DNA of 63,896 nt, counting the filler, from Licmophora abbreviata (Eukaryota), in the NCBI GenBank assembly GCA_900291995.1. It is 9 parts of 9 records of this genome, joined end to end, with 100 filler letters (N's around TTAATTAATTAA, not from the genome) between each part and the next. Parts side by side here need not be neighbours in the genome. Positions count along the whole stretch, not along the records: positions 22,042 to 29,554 come from OLMU01002689.1; positions 29,655 to 42,519 come from OLMU01002690.1; 7 more parts are not named here. One strand, written 5' to 3'. Below the pieces are notes generated by a model, which saw only the letters and a list, made by a program, of their open reading frames with translations, did not search any database and had not been told where the DNA came from. Position numbers and translations under genes: made by a program. Position 1 is the stretch's first letter; each line of letters opens with the position of its first letter. Shown here in pieces: positions 24,926 through 35,318 of this stretch.

Positions 24926-25753
24926 TTATTCCCGACTGGCCTGTCGATTTGCCACCACACTCAAATAGATGGTCCACACCAAAGAGCAAGCGTTGATAAA
25001 TAACGGGATCCACTTTGTGGGAATCATGGAGTAGCTCACTACATCCACAATTGGCCAAAAGCCAATTCCCGCCAAACAAGCTCCCGGCAAGTCGGACCGA
25101 ATCTTGTTCCACCAGTTGCGTAGCGAGAAAGTACCCTGTTGGAGCAACGACGTTGCGAAAAAGATGCACGTAAAGGAAGGACCGAAAAAGATTTGACCCA
25201 GGGCAGCCTTCTGCAGCGTGGAAGCGAGCGTTGTACTCGGCAAGATGCGAAAGATCATGTCATACCAAGCATGAGCGGCCGGACCAAAGTACAACAACCC
25301 GACCAGAGCAGAAGAGATGGTTCGTGTCCAATTTGTTTCCTTCTTTTCCTTGGATGTTTCCACTCGTTGCGCCAGCCAGTCGGACAGTGCAAAGACACAA
25401 GAGGCAGTCACGCTCTTGGTAATAATGGGGCGTTTCTCTAGAGAGGCGCTGTATGCCCTGCCCAGTGAGGCGAGAGCAGACGCCATGGGTGCCAACGAAA
25501 GTGACAAACGCGGTGATTTTTCTGGCTTGATCGCGTCGACGACACTGTCAGAATCGAGGTCTTGTTCGTAGTCTACAGGGTCCTCATCAACGACACCAGG
25601 ATCGTCTTGATCGCCCCCGCGCAAGTCCCACACAGTAGCGGCAACGGCGTGTGGCACAGAGACTCTCGAGAGACGAAACGCCGATGAAGCCCGAATCGAT
25701 AAAGCTTGTGATGGACCGAAAAGCCCAAGAAGAAGAGCCGGAAACAACCTCAT
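24926..25753 (-). CDS. Mpv17/PMP22 family membrane protein
   Basis: RPIITKSVT...LSDWLAQ, W.RT, GP..H.WY, Q..F.P, FWP......Y..IP and W..YLS motifs. N-terminal signal peptide. Confidence 0.92.
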   Translation of the reverse strand: MRLFPALLLGLFGPSQALSIRASSAFRLSRVSVPHAVAATVWDLRGGDQDDPGVVDEDPVDYEQDLDSDSVVDAIKPEKSPRLSLSLAPMASALASLGRAYSASLEKRPIITKSVTASCVFALSDWLAQRVETSKEKKETNWTRTISSALVGLLYFGPAAHAWYDMIFRILPSTTLASTLQKAALGQIFFGPSFTCIFFATSLLQQGTFSLRNWWNKIRSDLPGACLAGIGFWPIVDVVSYSMIPTKWIPLFINACSLVWTIYLSVVANRQASRE

Positions 25754-27022
25754 CTTGACAAAGGGCCGGTGACAGAGATTTTGGTGTAATGCTGTGTTGA
25801 CACTCGATGAGGAATCAATCGTCGCCAACAATCACACATCATGGCCATCTTCGATCGCGCCGATCGCAACACAAACTGACGTCAGTATCGGTCCCCGACA
25901 GACGTTTCACCTCACAGCCACGCATATCAGTCAGTACCTGGTTGTAATAGCTACGACGTACTCGAGTACATAGCTAGTCCTTCCTTGGAAGTTCGTAATG
26001 TTTGCCATCATCAGCAGAGCAGTCAATCGTCATACGCTTATTATATCCTCTCATCCTACTCCCGAACCAAGATCGCTTCTGCAAAATACGCAATAGAAAA
26101 GCGGCCGTAGGAAACTATTAGTTGCAATCAACAGACCCGCGCCAACCCCTCCCCCATATATATCATGTGCAATTCGTAGGTGGCCTCATCCAGAATATTG
26201 TCACGCTCATGTCTGTATCAATAAGAACAAACTCTTGTGATCTCAAACTTTATTGTTAGGAGCATCATTGGCCAAAATCAGTCACAGAACTTGTTTCGCC
26301 TAGAGGGTCGCTACAATTGCTAGTACTGCTCTCCTACTCTAGAGAGCCATTGGCGTCAGAAAATTGTGGTCTATTCGTCGTTCACAGAGTATAGTGCTCA
26401 TGTTTTCGAACCTTGCGGTCCAACAACAACAAAGCAGTGTCACGAGAATCTAGACTCGTCATTCGCCGTCAAGAGCGTTCCTATGCTAGTGCCTCAAACT
26501 ATAAGCTGCTGCGGCTGGTTTCTGTTCTCAGCAAATGTCATTCCAAAACTACAATGATGGTCGTACCTTGCGATGGTGGCTCACGGTTTTTTCCCTTGCA
26601 GCGGTCGTCACGATGGGCAAGAGCGATCCGCTGCAGTCCTCCGTCACACCTTCCTGGTGTTTCGGGGTGCTGTGGTACCTGAGGTGCATCAGGAGAAAAG
26701 CAAGGCGATGAGGTGCGGAGCGGCGTTCGTCATTGGTCAGTGGAAAGTTTGTTTGCCGTTTTAATTGATTATGCAGCCCGGAAGCTATTTTAATGCTCCG
26801 AACGGAATATTTGGAATTTCGGACGCACGACGATCACACGACAGAGCGCGGCGCGCCAGACACAAACATGAAGGACGACGACGACAGCACACAGCGTGAC
26901 GTTCCCACATCGTTCATTGCGAGCACGAGTCAAGTAAGATCGATCGAACCTTCAGGACTCTGTTCGGCAAAAGATTCATAGCAATCGTGTGGTGCACAAG
27001 AATATAGACCAAATTCGGCACT

Positions 27023-30000
27023 ATGAGTTCTCTTGCCGCTTCCATCGCTTCTGGTGCCCGTCATGCGGTCCGACGCTTGTCTAGCTCCAATCTCGACGGC
27101 GGCAATAACAACGAGAGTCCAGCCGTGGCGAGTGCTTCGCCTAGTGAAAAACACGTTGGAATTCTCGCAATGGAAGTCTACACGCCCTCGACCTATGTCA
27201 AGCAGAGCGCCTTGGAAGAACACTCGGGCGTCAGTGCGGGCAAGTTCACGATCGGACTGGGACAAGACGGATTGGGCGTCTGTGGAGATGCCGAAGATGT
27301 CAACAGTCTCTGTCTTACCGTCGTTCATTCCTTGCTGGAAAAGTAAGTGCAGTACGAGCCAGAAGCGACAAGCGACCATATGTATGCCCTCTCTAACATT
27401 CAAGTCACTGCTCTCGTACTTTTAGGTACGCCATTGACCCGTCCGAAGTCGGTCGCCTCGAGGTGGGCACGGAAACTCTGGTAGACAAGTCCAAGAGTGC
27501 CAAGACTATTTTGATGGACTTGTTTCCCGGGAACACCGATATCGAGGGTGCTACCATCATTAATGCCTGCTATGGTGGAACTGCGGCACTGCTCAATGCC
27601 TTTGCATGGGTCGAGAGTGACGGATGGGATGGTCGCTATGCCATTGTCGTGGCGGCCGACATTGCCGCCTATGCCCGAGGTCCGGCGCGACCCACCTGTG
27701 GGGCAGGCGCGGTGGCTCTATTGATTGGACGCGACGCGCCCTTGGCCTTTTCCAATCCCCGGGAACGTGCCACGCATGCTGCCAATGTGTGGGATTTCTT
27801 CAAACCGGACCATACGGTCGAGTACCCTACGGTAGACGGAGCCCTCTCCCAAGTTTGTTACTATCGTGCCTTGGAAGATGTCTATCATCGGTTTGTGGAT
27901 AAAGTGAGGACGGAGAAGGAAGAGTTTACCGCAGAGTCGCCGGACTATTTTGTCTTTCACGCACCATACAACAAGTTGGTGCAAAAGTCATATGCACGTT
28001 TGTACCTACTGGATGCCAGGCGACGACACAGCCAAGAGGAAGAAAAGAAGGAAGCGATTGATGAGCCGCTTGGACCCTGGTTGACCAAACCCGTGGAGGA
28101 AACGTACAGTGACCGACAGCTGGATGGCGTTCTCAAGACTTTGTCGAAAGAGTCGTTTCAGCAACGACTTGTCGATGCCAACGCTGCCAGCAAGGCGGTG
28201 GGAAATACCTACACGGCCAGTGTATTCCTCGGTCTTGCGTCATTGATTGACCGTGCGGGAGGACGTGGTGAATTGACTCCCGGCAAAACGGTGGCTGTCT
28301 TTAGCTATGGGTCTGGAGCTCTCGCTACCTTGTATCGTCTTCATGTGTAAGTGTCGCTCACTGGGAGTCTGGCCTTACGAGGGCAAGGTTATTCCTGCAT
28401 CGTTTGCATCTCACCTTCATGTTTCTCCATTGTCGATATCGACTTAGTCGCGAGCCGACAAACCAGTCTCGCTTTCGTATCGAGCATATGGCCAAGACCA
28501 TGTCCTTGACGGAGCGCCTATCGTCTCGCGAGGAAGTGCATCCCAGCGAGCTTGATCATGCCTTGGAGACACGGGCACGCATGCACCGCGCCGGTGCTCC
28601 GTATTCACCCGTATACCCCAATGCCGGTCGACTCTTTCCTGGAACGTACTATCTGAATGGGATCGATTCCAAGTGGACACGCTCCTACTCACGCGTGCCC
28701 CTGGACGCAGTCATGGAACCGCATGGCAAGTCGCCGTTGGCCCCACCGATTGTGTTACGATTGGCGCAACGCGACGCTTTGGCGAGTCCAGTGACGGGAA
28801 AACTAGAAGTATTGGCTTCTGCCGCAGAAGGCAATAGCGACAAGATTACCGAAGCTCGTCGTCGTATCGCATGTGTCATTACAGGAACGGCCGCGGGTCT
28901 TCCCGGTGACGATCGACATGTCTTTCGTGACGACAACATGGAGAGGTTGGTTTCTGGAGAGCAGTGTATTGCGTCCATTAGTGGTAGTACGAAGATGGCG
29001 TTGTTAGACAAGAAAGTTGTACAAGTCAAGAAGTTGGCGGACGGTACCATCAAGCGCGAGCCGGTGGATACCGAGGCAGGAGGTATCAAGCTTGCCGCTC
29101 AACTCGGACATTTGGACTTGTCGGCATCGTACGGCGTACCCCGTGGACTTGCTGAAACCATGGATGTCGCTGCTCAGGTCGCCGTTGCGGCAGGAATGGA
29201 GGCACTCAAGTCTGCAGGTCTTGTCGGTGGCCGAACGAATGATCCGAACGAATGGAAAGTCCAGGAACAGTACCGCGATAGTACAGGAGTCGTGTATGCA
29301 TCGAGCTTTCCTGCTATGGATGCAGCTGTCGGTGAAGTTATGAGATTCTTACAGTCTAAAACTGTCGGTGCAGCCGACTCGATGCGCTTAGTATCAGCTC
29401 TACGCTCTCGGCTTCTACGCGCGTCGCATGAGCGTGAGCTTTCTGCGGACGACGAGGCAGCCTTTGCGAGGTTGTTGGCTCGTGCCAAGGAGACGGACGG
29501 AACGGACGATGACGAATCTGTGGTTAACAAGGCATACGTGTTTGATCGCAAGTTNNNNNNNNNNNNNNNNNNNNNNNNNNNNNNNNNNNNNNNNNNNNTT
29601 AATTAATTAANNNNNNNNNNNNNNNNNNNNNNNNNNNNNNNNNNNNNNNNNNNNGTTAACAAGGCATACGTGTTTGATCGCAAGTTTCTATTCCGCGTTT
29701 TGGTCCTAGGCAATGCGCAGCTCGCCCAACTGGCTGGCTGCCGTGGTCCGAATACACAAACAAATGCAGCCTGTGCTGGAACAACACAAGCAATCGCCAT
29801 GGCCCAAGACATGCTTATTTCTGGGCGCGCAGAACGGGTCGTTGTCGTTGCCGGCGATAACGCGTCGGGAGACACACTCCTGCCTTGGCTAGGTTCGGGT
29901 TTTCGCGCTCTCGGCGCTGCGTCGACGGCAAGCGCAGTAGAAGACGCTGCGTGCCCCTTCGACAAACGCCGAGCAGGCTTGCTCCTGGGCGCTGGCGGTA

Positions 30001-30581
30001 TTGGGTTAGTTCTCGAAACAGAGACGAGCTCCATAGACCGCCAGAAGTTATCTGACAATCCTTTTGATGTGAAGGCTCGTCTCCTTCAAACTCAGTACTC
30101 CAATTCGGCATTCCACGGTGCAGCGCTTGACCGCAAACATATTGGAGCGGAGATGAAACGTTTCTTGACCGACATTGAAATGATTCACGGCATTAGCAAG
30201 GCGGAGATCGCCACTCACGGAGTATACTTTTCTCACGAGACCATGACGCATGCCTCTGATGCGTCCAGTTGCGCCGGAAACGAGGTTGCTGCCCTTCGAG
30301 AAGCCTTTGGCGACGAGCTCCTCTCCAAGCTACTCATCCTCAACACCAAGGGCTATACTGGCCACCCCATGGGTGTCTCGTTTGAAGACGTCGCCGCCGT
30401 GGAGGTGCTCATGCGACAGACTGTCCCCGCCGTTCCCAACTACCAAGTCGAGGACGACTATTTGGGCTCTCTCAATATCTCCAAGGGAGGGCCCTACGCC
30501 TGTCGATATGCTCTGAGGTTCGCCGCAGGCTTCGGCAGCCAGGTAGCATTTGCTCTTTATGCCACAGCCCAGTATGAGTAG
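27023..30581 (+). CDS. HMG-CoA synthase fused to a C-terminal beta-ketoacyl synthase (KS) domain, ~1080 aa
   Basis: Exons 27023-27342, 27426-28346 and 28448-29554(+29687-30581; the gap flanks overlap by 32 nt) total 3243 nt in frame. HMGS motifs: GRLEVGTET, NACYGGT, FHAPY, GNTYTAS, FSYGSG, LFPGTYYL. KS motifs: VITG, GPNTQTNAACAG, PFDKRR.G, SHETMT, TKGYTGHPMG, AGFG. Confidence 0.92.
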
Positions 30582-30751
30582 GCAGACCAAGGTGCGAAGG
30601 GGTCAAAACCAGGTTAAGTTATTGAAGTCGTGATGACAAAAGCTAAATTAGACGATTCAAAACGACCTTTAATATAGGATCAGTAAGTGTCACATCCTAC
30701 GAATCACATTTAGCTTAGCCGATTGAAAGATGGGATGAGATCTTCTCGAGT

Positions 30752-31458
30752 CTACGTTTGGATGTCTAAAGTGTCCATGATAACCTTGAGAGAGTCCCGA
30801 GCAATGACAACCTGCTTTTTGGCTTCATTCAAGTACTTGAGTACTTCATCCTTTCCGCCCCCTGGGTTGTATTCCTTCAATCGACAAGACACGTGTAGGG
30901 ATAAGGTCAGATAGCGATTCATGAAGTGAGAGGCAGTGCGCTCATTGTGCTACGTACCCCAAATTGACTGATAAAGGCCATTGAGTTGCTCATATTCATT
31001 GCGGCGTTCCACTCCTCTGAAGCTTCAAAGAAGGCATCAAGCTTGTCAGGATCGATGTCCATGTTCTTGACCTTTCCGAAGACCTTTTCGATCTGAAACA
31101 GAGGGTCCGTCGTACTCCTTAGTCCGAGTGCTTTGCGAATGGGATCCGCATCACGCTTGCACTCTCCTCCATTCTCTCGACACACGGTTGTTTCCTGTTC
31201 AAAGTTTTCTAGAAGGTACACGAGTCCATCGTAGCCTTTCCTGATTCGATCGAGATCTGCCTGAGTAGGGGCGCCAGCAGCCATGGCAGGGAATGGATTC
31301 GAAACTAGAACTGCGGTCGTCGTCAATCCGAAGGTTGATAGGACAGCTTCACGGCGACTCAGCTCTCCATTCTGCGTAACTCTCGTTGGCTCTATCGAGA
31401 AGGCATCTGCAGACACCAGCAATAAAGCGGCGAGGGTGGAAACGCGGCGCGTCATCAT
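30752..31458 (-). CDS. Conserved-looking thylakoid-lumen protein of unknown function, 2 exons
   Basis: ADA-FS signal, SRRE twin-arginine motif, hydrophobic stretch and AMA cleavage site. Intron 30957-30875 adds EYNPGGGKDEVLKYLNEAKKQV...IQT*. Confidence 0.8.
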
Positions 31459-31820
31459 GGTCGTCAGTTGGGGACAGAAGCATGCGGCGTTGTGACAACA
31501 TGATGTGGAGTTTGAAACTTTCGACACGTATGTTAACCCTGTCAGTACTGAAATACTGAAATACCGCGTAGATTGTACGTGGCAAGACGGAATCTTTGAC
31601 CTCCGAGGTTTTCTTGCACAAGTTTCTTACACAAGAGTCGAGTCATCGGAGGATTCCATTCGTGGGGAGGCATGGCTTGCACGACGAGAATGAAAGCTCT
31701 GATTGCTTGGATAGATGGGATTACCGTAAGATAGTCGATGTCGCAGCGTAACTAGCAAAGTCGCTTTAGCTAACGTTCCACATAATCATTCATTGGAATC
31801 TTCTTTTTACAAAATCACTT

Positions 31821-33290
31821 CTATGCTGTCCGATCCACTACCTTGTAGGCCAAGTGTGCCAGCGAATCTCGATGGGCACCTGCTCCCAGCTCCATGATCG
31901 CCTCCACCGCAAGTTCGGAATGGACCCGTGCAAGCTCCTTTGTCTGCTGAATACCCTCGCTTTCATTCACCATTGCTACCGCACCTTCCACGTCTCCTTC
32001 TTGTCGAAACTTGCGTTCCATCAACTCCATCAAAGACGGGTGCTGCTCAGCAGCAAAGAGGACCGGGGCGGTCGCGAGGCCGGCATTCAAGTCACTCAGT
32101 GCGGGCTTGCCCATGGCGGAGGCACTGCCTTCAAAGTCCAGCACGTCATCGACCAGTTGAAACGCCATGCCAATGTGCTTACCGTATCGATACGAAGCGT
32201 CGACAAGCTCTTCCGGGTAGTTCCCCAGCAGCGCCGCGCTCTTGCACGAGTTGGCCATGAGACTTCCCGTCTTATAGAAATTCTTCCGCAAGTAGTAGAT
32301 GACTCGATTCTCAATCACGCTGTGCGGGCTAGTGGCGTCGTCGCCGTGGCCTTTGAGCTGCATGACTTCCCCGCGTACAAGGTGTTCGATAATGGTCGAC
32401 ATGGTTTCAATCACATCGGCATGACGAAGTCTCGCCAAGGATATAGAAGCACGTGCCAAGAGATAATCACCTGCCAGAATGGCCATTTTGTTGCCAAAGA
32501 CCTTGTGCACTGCTGGGACGCCACGCCGCGTATCAGCTCCATCAATCACGTCGTCATGAAACAAGGATGCCGTATGAATGAGTTCTGATATCTCAGCCAA
32601 GCGCCGTTGTGCTCGTGGCAAGTCTCTTCTCTGCCACGAAAAGGGCGATGTCCATAGTGACGAGGACTGTTCCGACTGTGCAGTAGTGCCTACCGCATTA
32701 CCGCCACTGCCCATGGTGTCGGCAAGCGCCCGAGAAATCAATAAGACCATAAGCGGCCGAACCTTCTTTCCGCCATCGGCAGACGACTCAAAGAAGTAAG
32801 ATGCAGCCTTGTGCAGCACTGGGTGCTCAGTTCCAAGCAAATCTTGACGGATCGTAGCGGAAAGTGAGTCGAGCTCCCCCTTTGCGAGCGCAAAGGGATT
32901 CGCGCCCTCATCCAAAGGACGAACGGCCGAGGGCAACGACGGCCAATATGCTGTCTTTCTGTCCAAGAACCAGTTATCTAGTGGATCCTGTGTGAACGAG
33001 GATGAGTCAATGTCGTATTCATTGTGTTCTGTTCCGTTTGATGAGTGCGATCCGTTCACATGGCTGCTCCAAAGACTCGAGTCAGCTTTAGAGGCCTCTT
33101 TCAAAAAGGAAGATTTGACAGCGTCGCGGACCGATTCTGGCAAGGGCAAGTCTAGAATTGACGCTGATGATGATTTGGCTCTCGATAACAGGACAGGATG
33201 GGACTGCTCTAACGATCGGTCGGTCCGTGAAGCCCCTCCACGACAGCGAGCAGGAAACTTCGCCAATCGGCGTATTGGGCTTGCGGACAT
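31821..33290 (-). CDS. Long-chain trans-prenyl diphosphate synthase (solanesyl/decaprenyl-PP synthase, COQ1/PDSS1-like), likely mitochondrial
   Basis: GGKKVRP, HTASLFHDDVID (FARM, with small upstream residues indicating long chain), RRG, GD.LLA, KT and FQLVDDVLD (SARM). Arg/Ser-rich N-terminus. Confidence 0.93.
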   Translation of the reverse strand: MSASPIRRLAKFPARCRGGASRTDRSLEQSHPVLLSRAKSSSASILDLPLPESVRDAVKSSFLKEASKADSSLWSSHVNGSHSSNGTEHNEYDIDSSSFTQDPLDNWFLDRKTAYWPSLPSAVRPLDEGANPFALAKGELDSLSATIRQDLLGTEHPVLHKAASYFFESSADGGKKVRPLMVLLISRALADTMGSGGNAVGTTAQSEQSSSLWTSPFSWQRRDLPRAQRRLAEISELIHTASLFHDDVIDGADTRRGVPAVHKVFGNKMAILAGDYLLARASISLARLRHADVIETMSTIIEHLVRGEVMQLKGHGDDATSPHSVIENRVIYYLRKNFYKTGSLMANSCKSAALLGNYPEELVDASYRYGKHIGMAFQLVDDVLDFEGSASAMGKPALSDLNAGLATAPVLFAAEQHPSLMELMERKFRQEGDVEGAVAMVNESEGIQQTKELARVHSELAVEAIMELGAGAHRDSLAHLAYKVVDRTA

Positions 33291-33703
33291 GCAGGATCCT
33301 TGGAAACTCTCAAAGGAGCGAAAATAACTATTCCAAAATCACAATTTGGATCTCACAGCACTACTTCGCGCAGCGATTGAAGCGAGAGCCACGAGAGGTC
33401 CGTTTGTTTGCATGGAACAGCAGAGACAACCGAGACGGTGACGAAGACGTCAGTAGAAGGTGGAAAGCGCGTTTGTGGTGTGGGTCGGTGCATCGCCGGT
33501 CGGCGGAAAGTCGAATGAATCTTAGGACTGAGGTGGCCGTCCTATATAACCCGGATATGATGTCGAATTCCATACAAGTCATGGTCATTCGAGGTGGTCA
33601 TCAGTCGATAAGTAAGCTTATGTCCTTCCGTGCTTTGGGTAGTTTTGATACTTTGCACTTCGTACCGCGAAAGTCGCCATCAGCGAAAAACACGACCACG
33701 ACG

Positions 33704-34659
33704 ATGTCGAGCAAGAGCTTCGAAAGCAGTCCCAGCGAGCCTGGGTCGTCCCGCACGGAAGATGAAACCTCAAAAGAAAAGCTACAGAGGGAAGAAATGG
33801 AGTACGATCGGCGTCAGATACGGAGAAAGTTGAGAGAGAAACTTTTGGAACGTGAACAGCCGAGTGAAGATGACGGGACCTTGATTGATCTCGAAGACGA
33901 CATGGATCACGACGATGTCAGTGTCTATGATGACGCTGAGGTATTTCCTTGGAAACAACGAGAAGCAGCGGTCCAAGCGGCCGCAGCAGGAGGAAAAACA
34001 GACATGCGAATGGAAGGTGTCGGTAAGACCCAATTTGGCAGTGGACGCCAGTATTCGATGTCCAACTTATTCGTGGTTTCGGCACTCACTCACATTTGTT
34101 CCCTACTGCACGTTTTTCAGACTCACTGGAGAGAGCACTGATGGCTCACACGCATAATATCCAGTATGGACGTGGGAAAGGATTTGCTTGGTCGAAGCAG
34201 AAGAAAGATTCAAAATCGATCGCTGCATCGACCGCCGGCATGATGTCGCTGGGTCGCGAACTCACTGACTGGGAATCCTTCCAGAAGATGCAGTCATCGC
34301 TCTCTGCCAATTCTCTTACCAGTACTGAGTCCTCTTCACGAGACATTTCGTACCAAAAGAATAAGCTGAACAAGAAGAAGAAAAGTCTCACGAACGAGCA
34401 AGAAGATGTGCGACGAACACAACAGCGGAGGCGTCACGACAGGCTACTTAATTCTTTATACATTTTGACTGCTTTGGGGATGTTGCTGGGCTTTGCGTAC
34501 TATATCGAATCGATCAAGATATATTCATACAAGACAAACTTGCCGACTGGGTATGCCGCGATGGAAGCGGAAGAAGAAGCCAAGAAGAAAGCGGAAGCAG
34601 GTGCAACAAGTGCGAATCGTAGAATGAACTCAAGGTGGTCTAGACTGGGTGCCCCGTAA
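33704..34659 (+). CDS. Hypothetical acidic/coiled-coil protein with one C-terminal TM helix, 2 exons
   Basis: ATG at 33704. Intron 34023-34120 joins the two ORFs in frame (EGV-DSLER). TM helix LYILTALGMLLGFAYYI. Confidence 0.65.
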
Positions 34660-35318
34660 CTAGTTACTGTACTGTCGTCGATCAACGTTTTTGAATCTAG
34701 AAGCAGCAATACTATCAGATCACCAAGCAACGTACTGGAGTGGCCGCAATCCTGCTGGATGGTTCTCATGCTGTATCCCAGCAAGAACTTGAGCGACCAT
34801 GAACACGATGATAGAGCAGTATGAGTGTACTATACGCACTTCTTCAAATCTTCCCTGTAGCAAGCAATTCAGTTGTTGGTACCGGCATATTATACTCTAC
34901 ATGCAATGGTATCATAGCCTACACGAACCTCGGTTCGAACTGTTTTGCTTGGGCGCATAACCAGCCACACTGGTGGTTACTACTCGTAGGGTTATGACAG
35001 AGGTGCGTTTCGCTTTCTTACGTCGTCACGATGACGCAAGTCGTTTAGCTGCGGTACTGAGGTGCGCGAGCCTTGTCAACTACTTATTGAACGGACAAGG
35101 TATATCTATTACGTGTCCGGATTTTCATATAGTTTGAAATCAATGAATTCGCGCTGACGAGTCTTGTACAGCCAAATCCCGTGAAATATGGTCACAGATT
35201 TGTTGCGCTTTGTTGAGCCTCCGCGGTGCTGGCAGTTTTGCCGCAGTAAGAGACGAACACAATCACTTGTCACGCTATAAATTTGTTTGGCGGTGAGTCT
35301 TGATTCACCCTTCTCAAC

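Noticed and set aside
25830..27020. Long intergenic regions (also 34660-35318, 45345-46064) as hidden ncRNA, tRNA or TE
   Set aside because: I recognised no cloverleaf, terminal inverted repeats, LTRs or transposase/RT motifs.
29523..29686. 32-nt direct repeat around the gap as a real duplication, or as a sign that the fusion is chimeric
   Set aside because: It is a contig overlap. Merging it restores one frame, and the HMGS-KS junction lies upstream within contiguous sequence.
27023..30581. Bacterial polyketide beta-branching (HCS) cassette
   Set aside because: The KS keeps its active Cys (cassette KS0 has Ser). No ACP or enoyl-CoA hydratase genes are nearby, and the HMGS is eukaryotic-type with spliceosomal introns.
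33158..33703. 5' extension of ORF 33158..34141
   Set aside because: It overlaps the divergent prenyl synthase start and promoter and has non-coding-like composition. The ATG at 33704 is more plausible.
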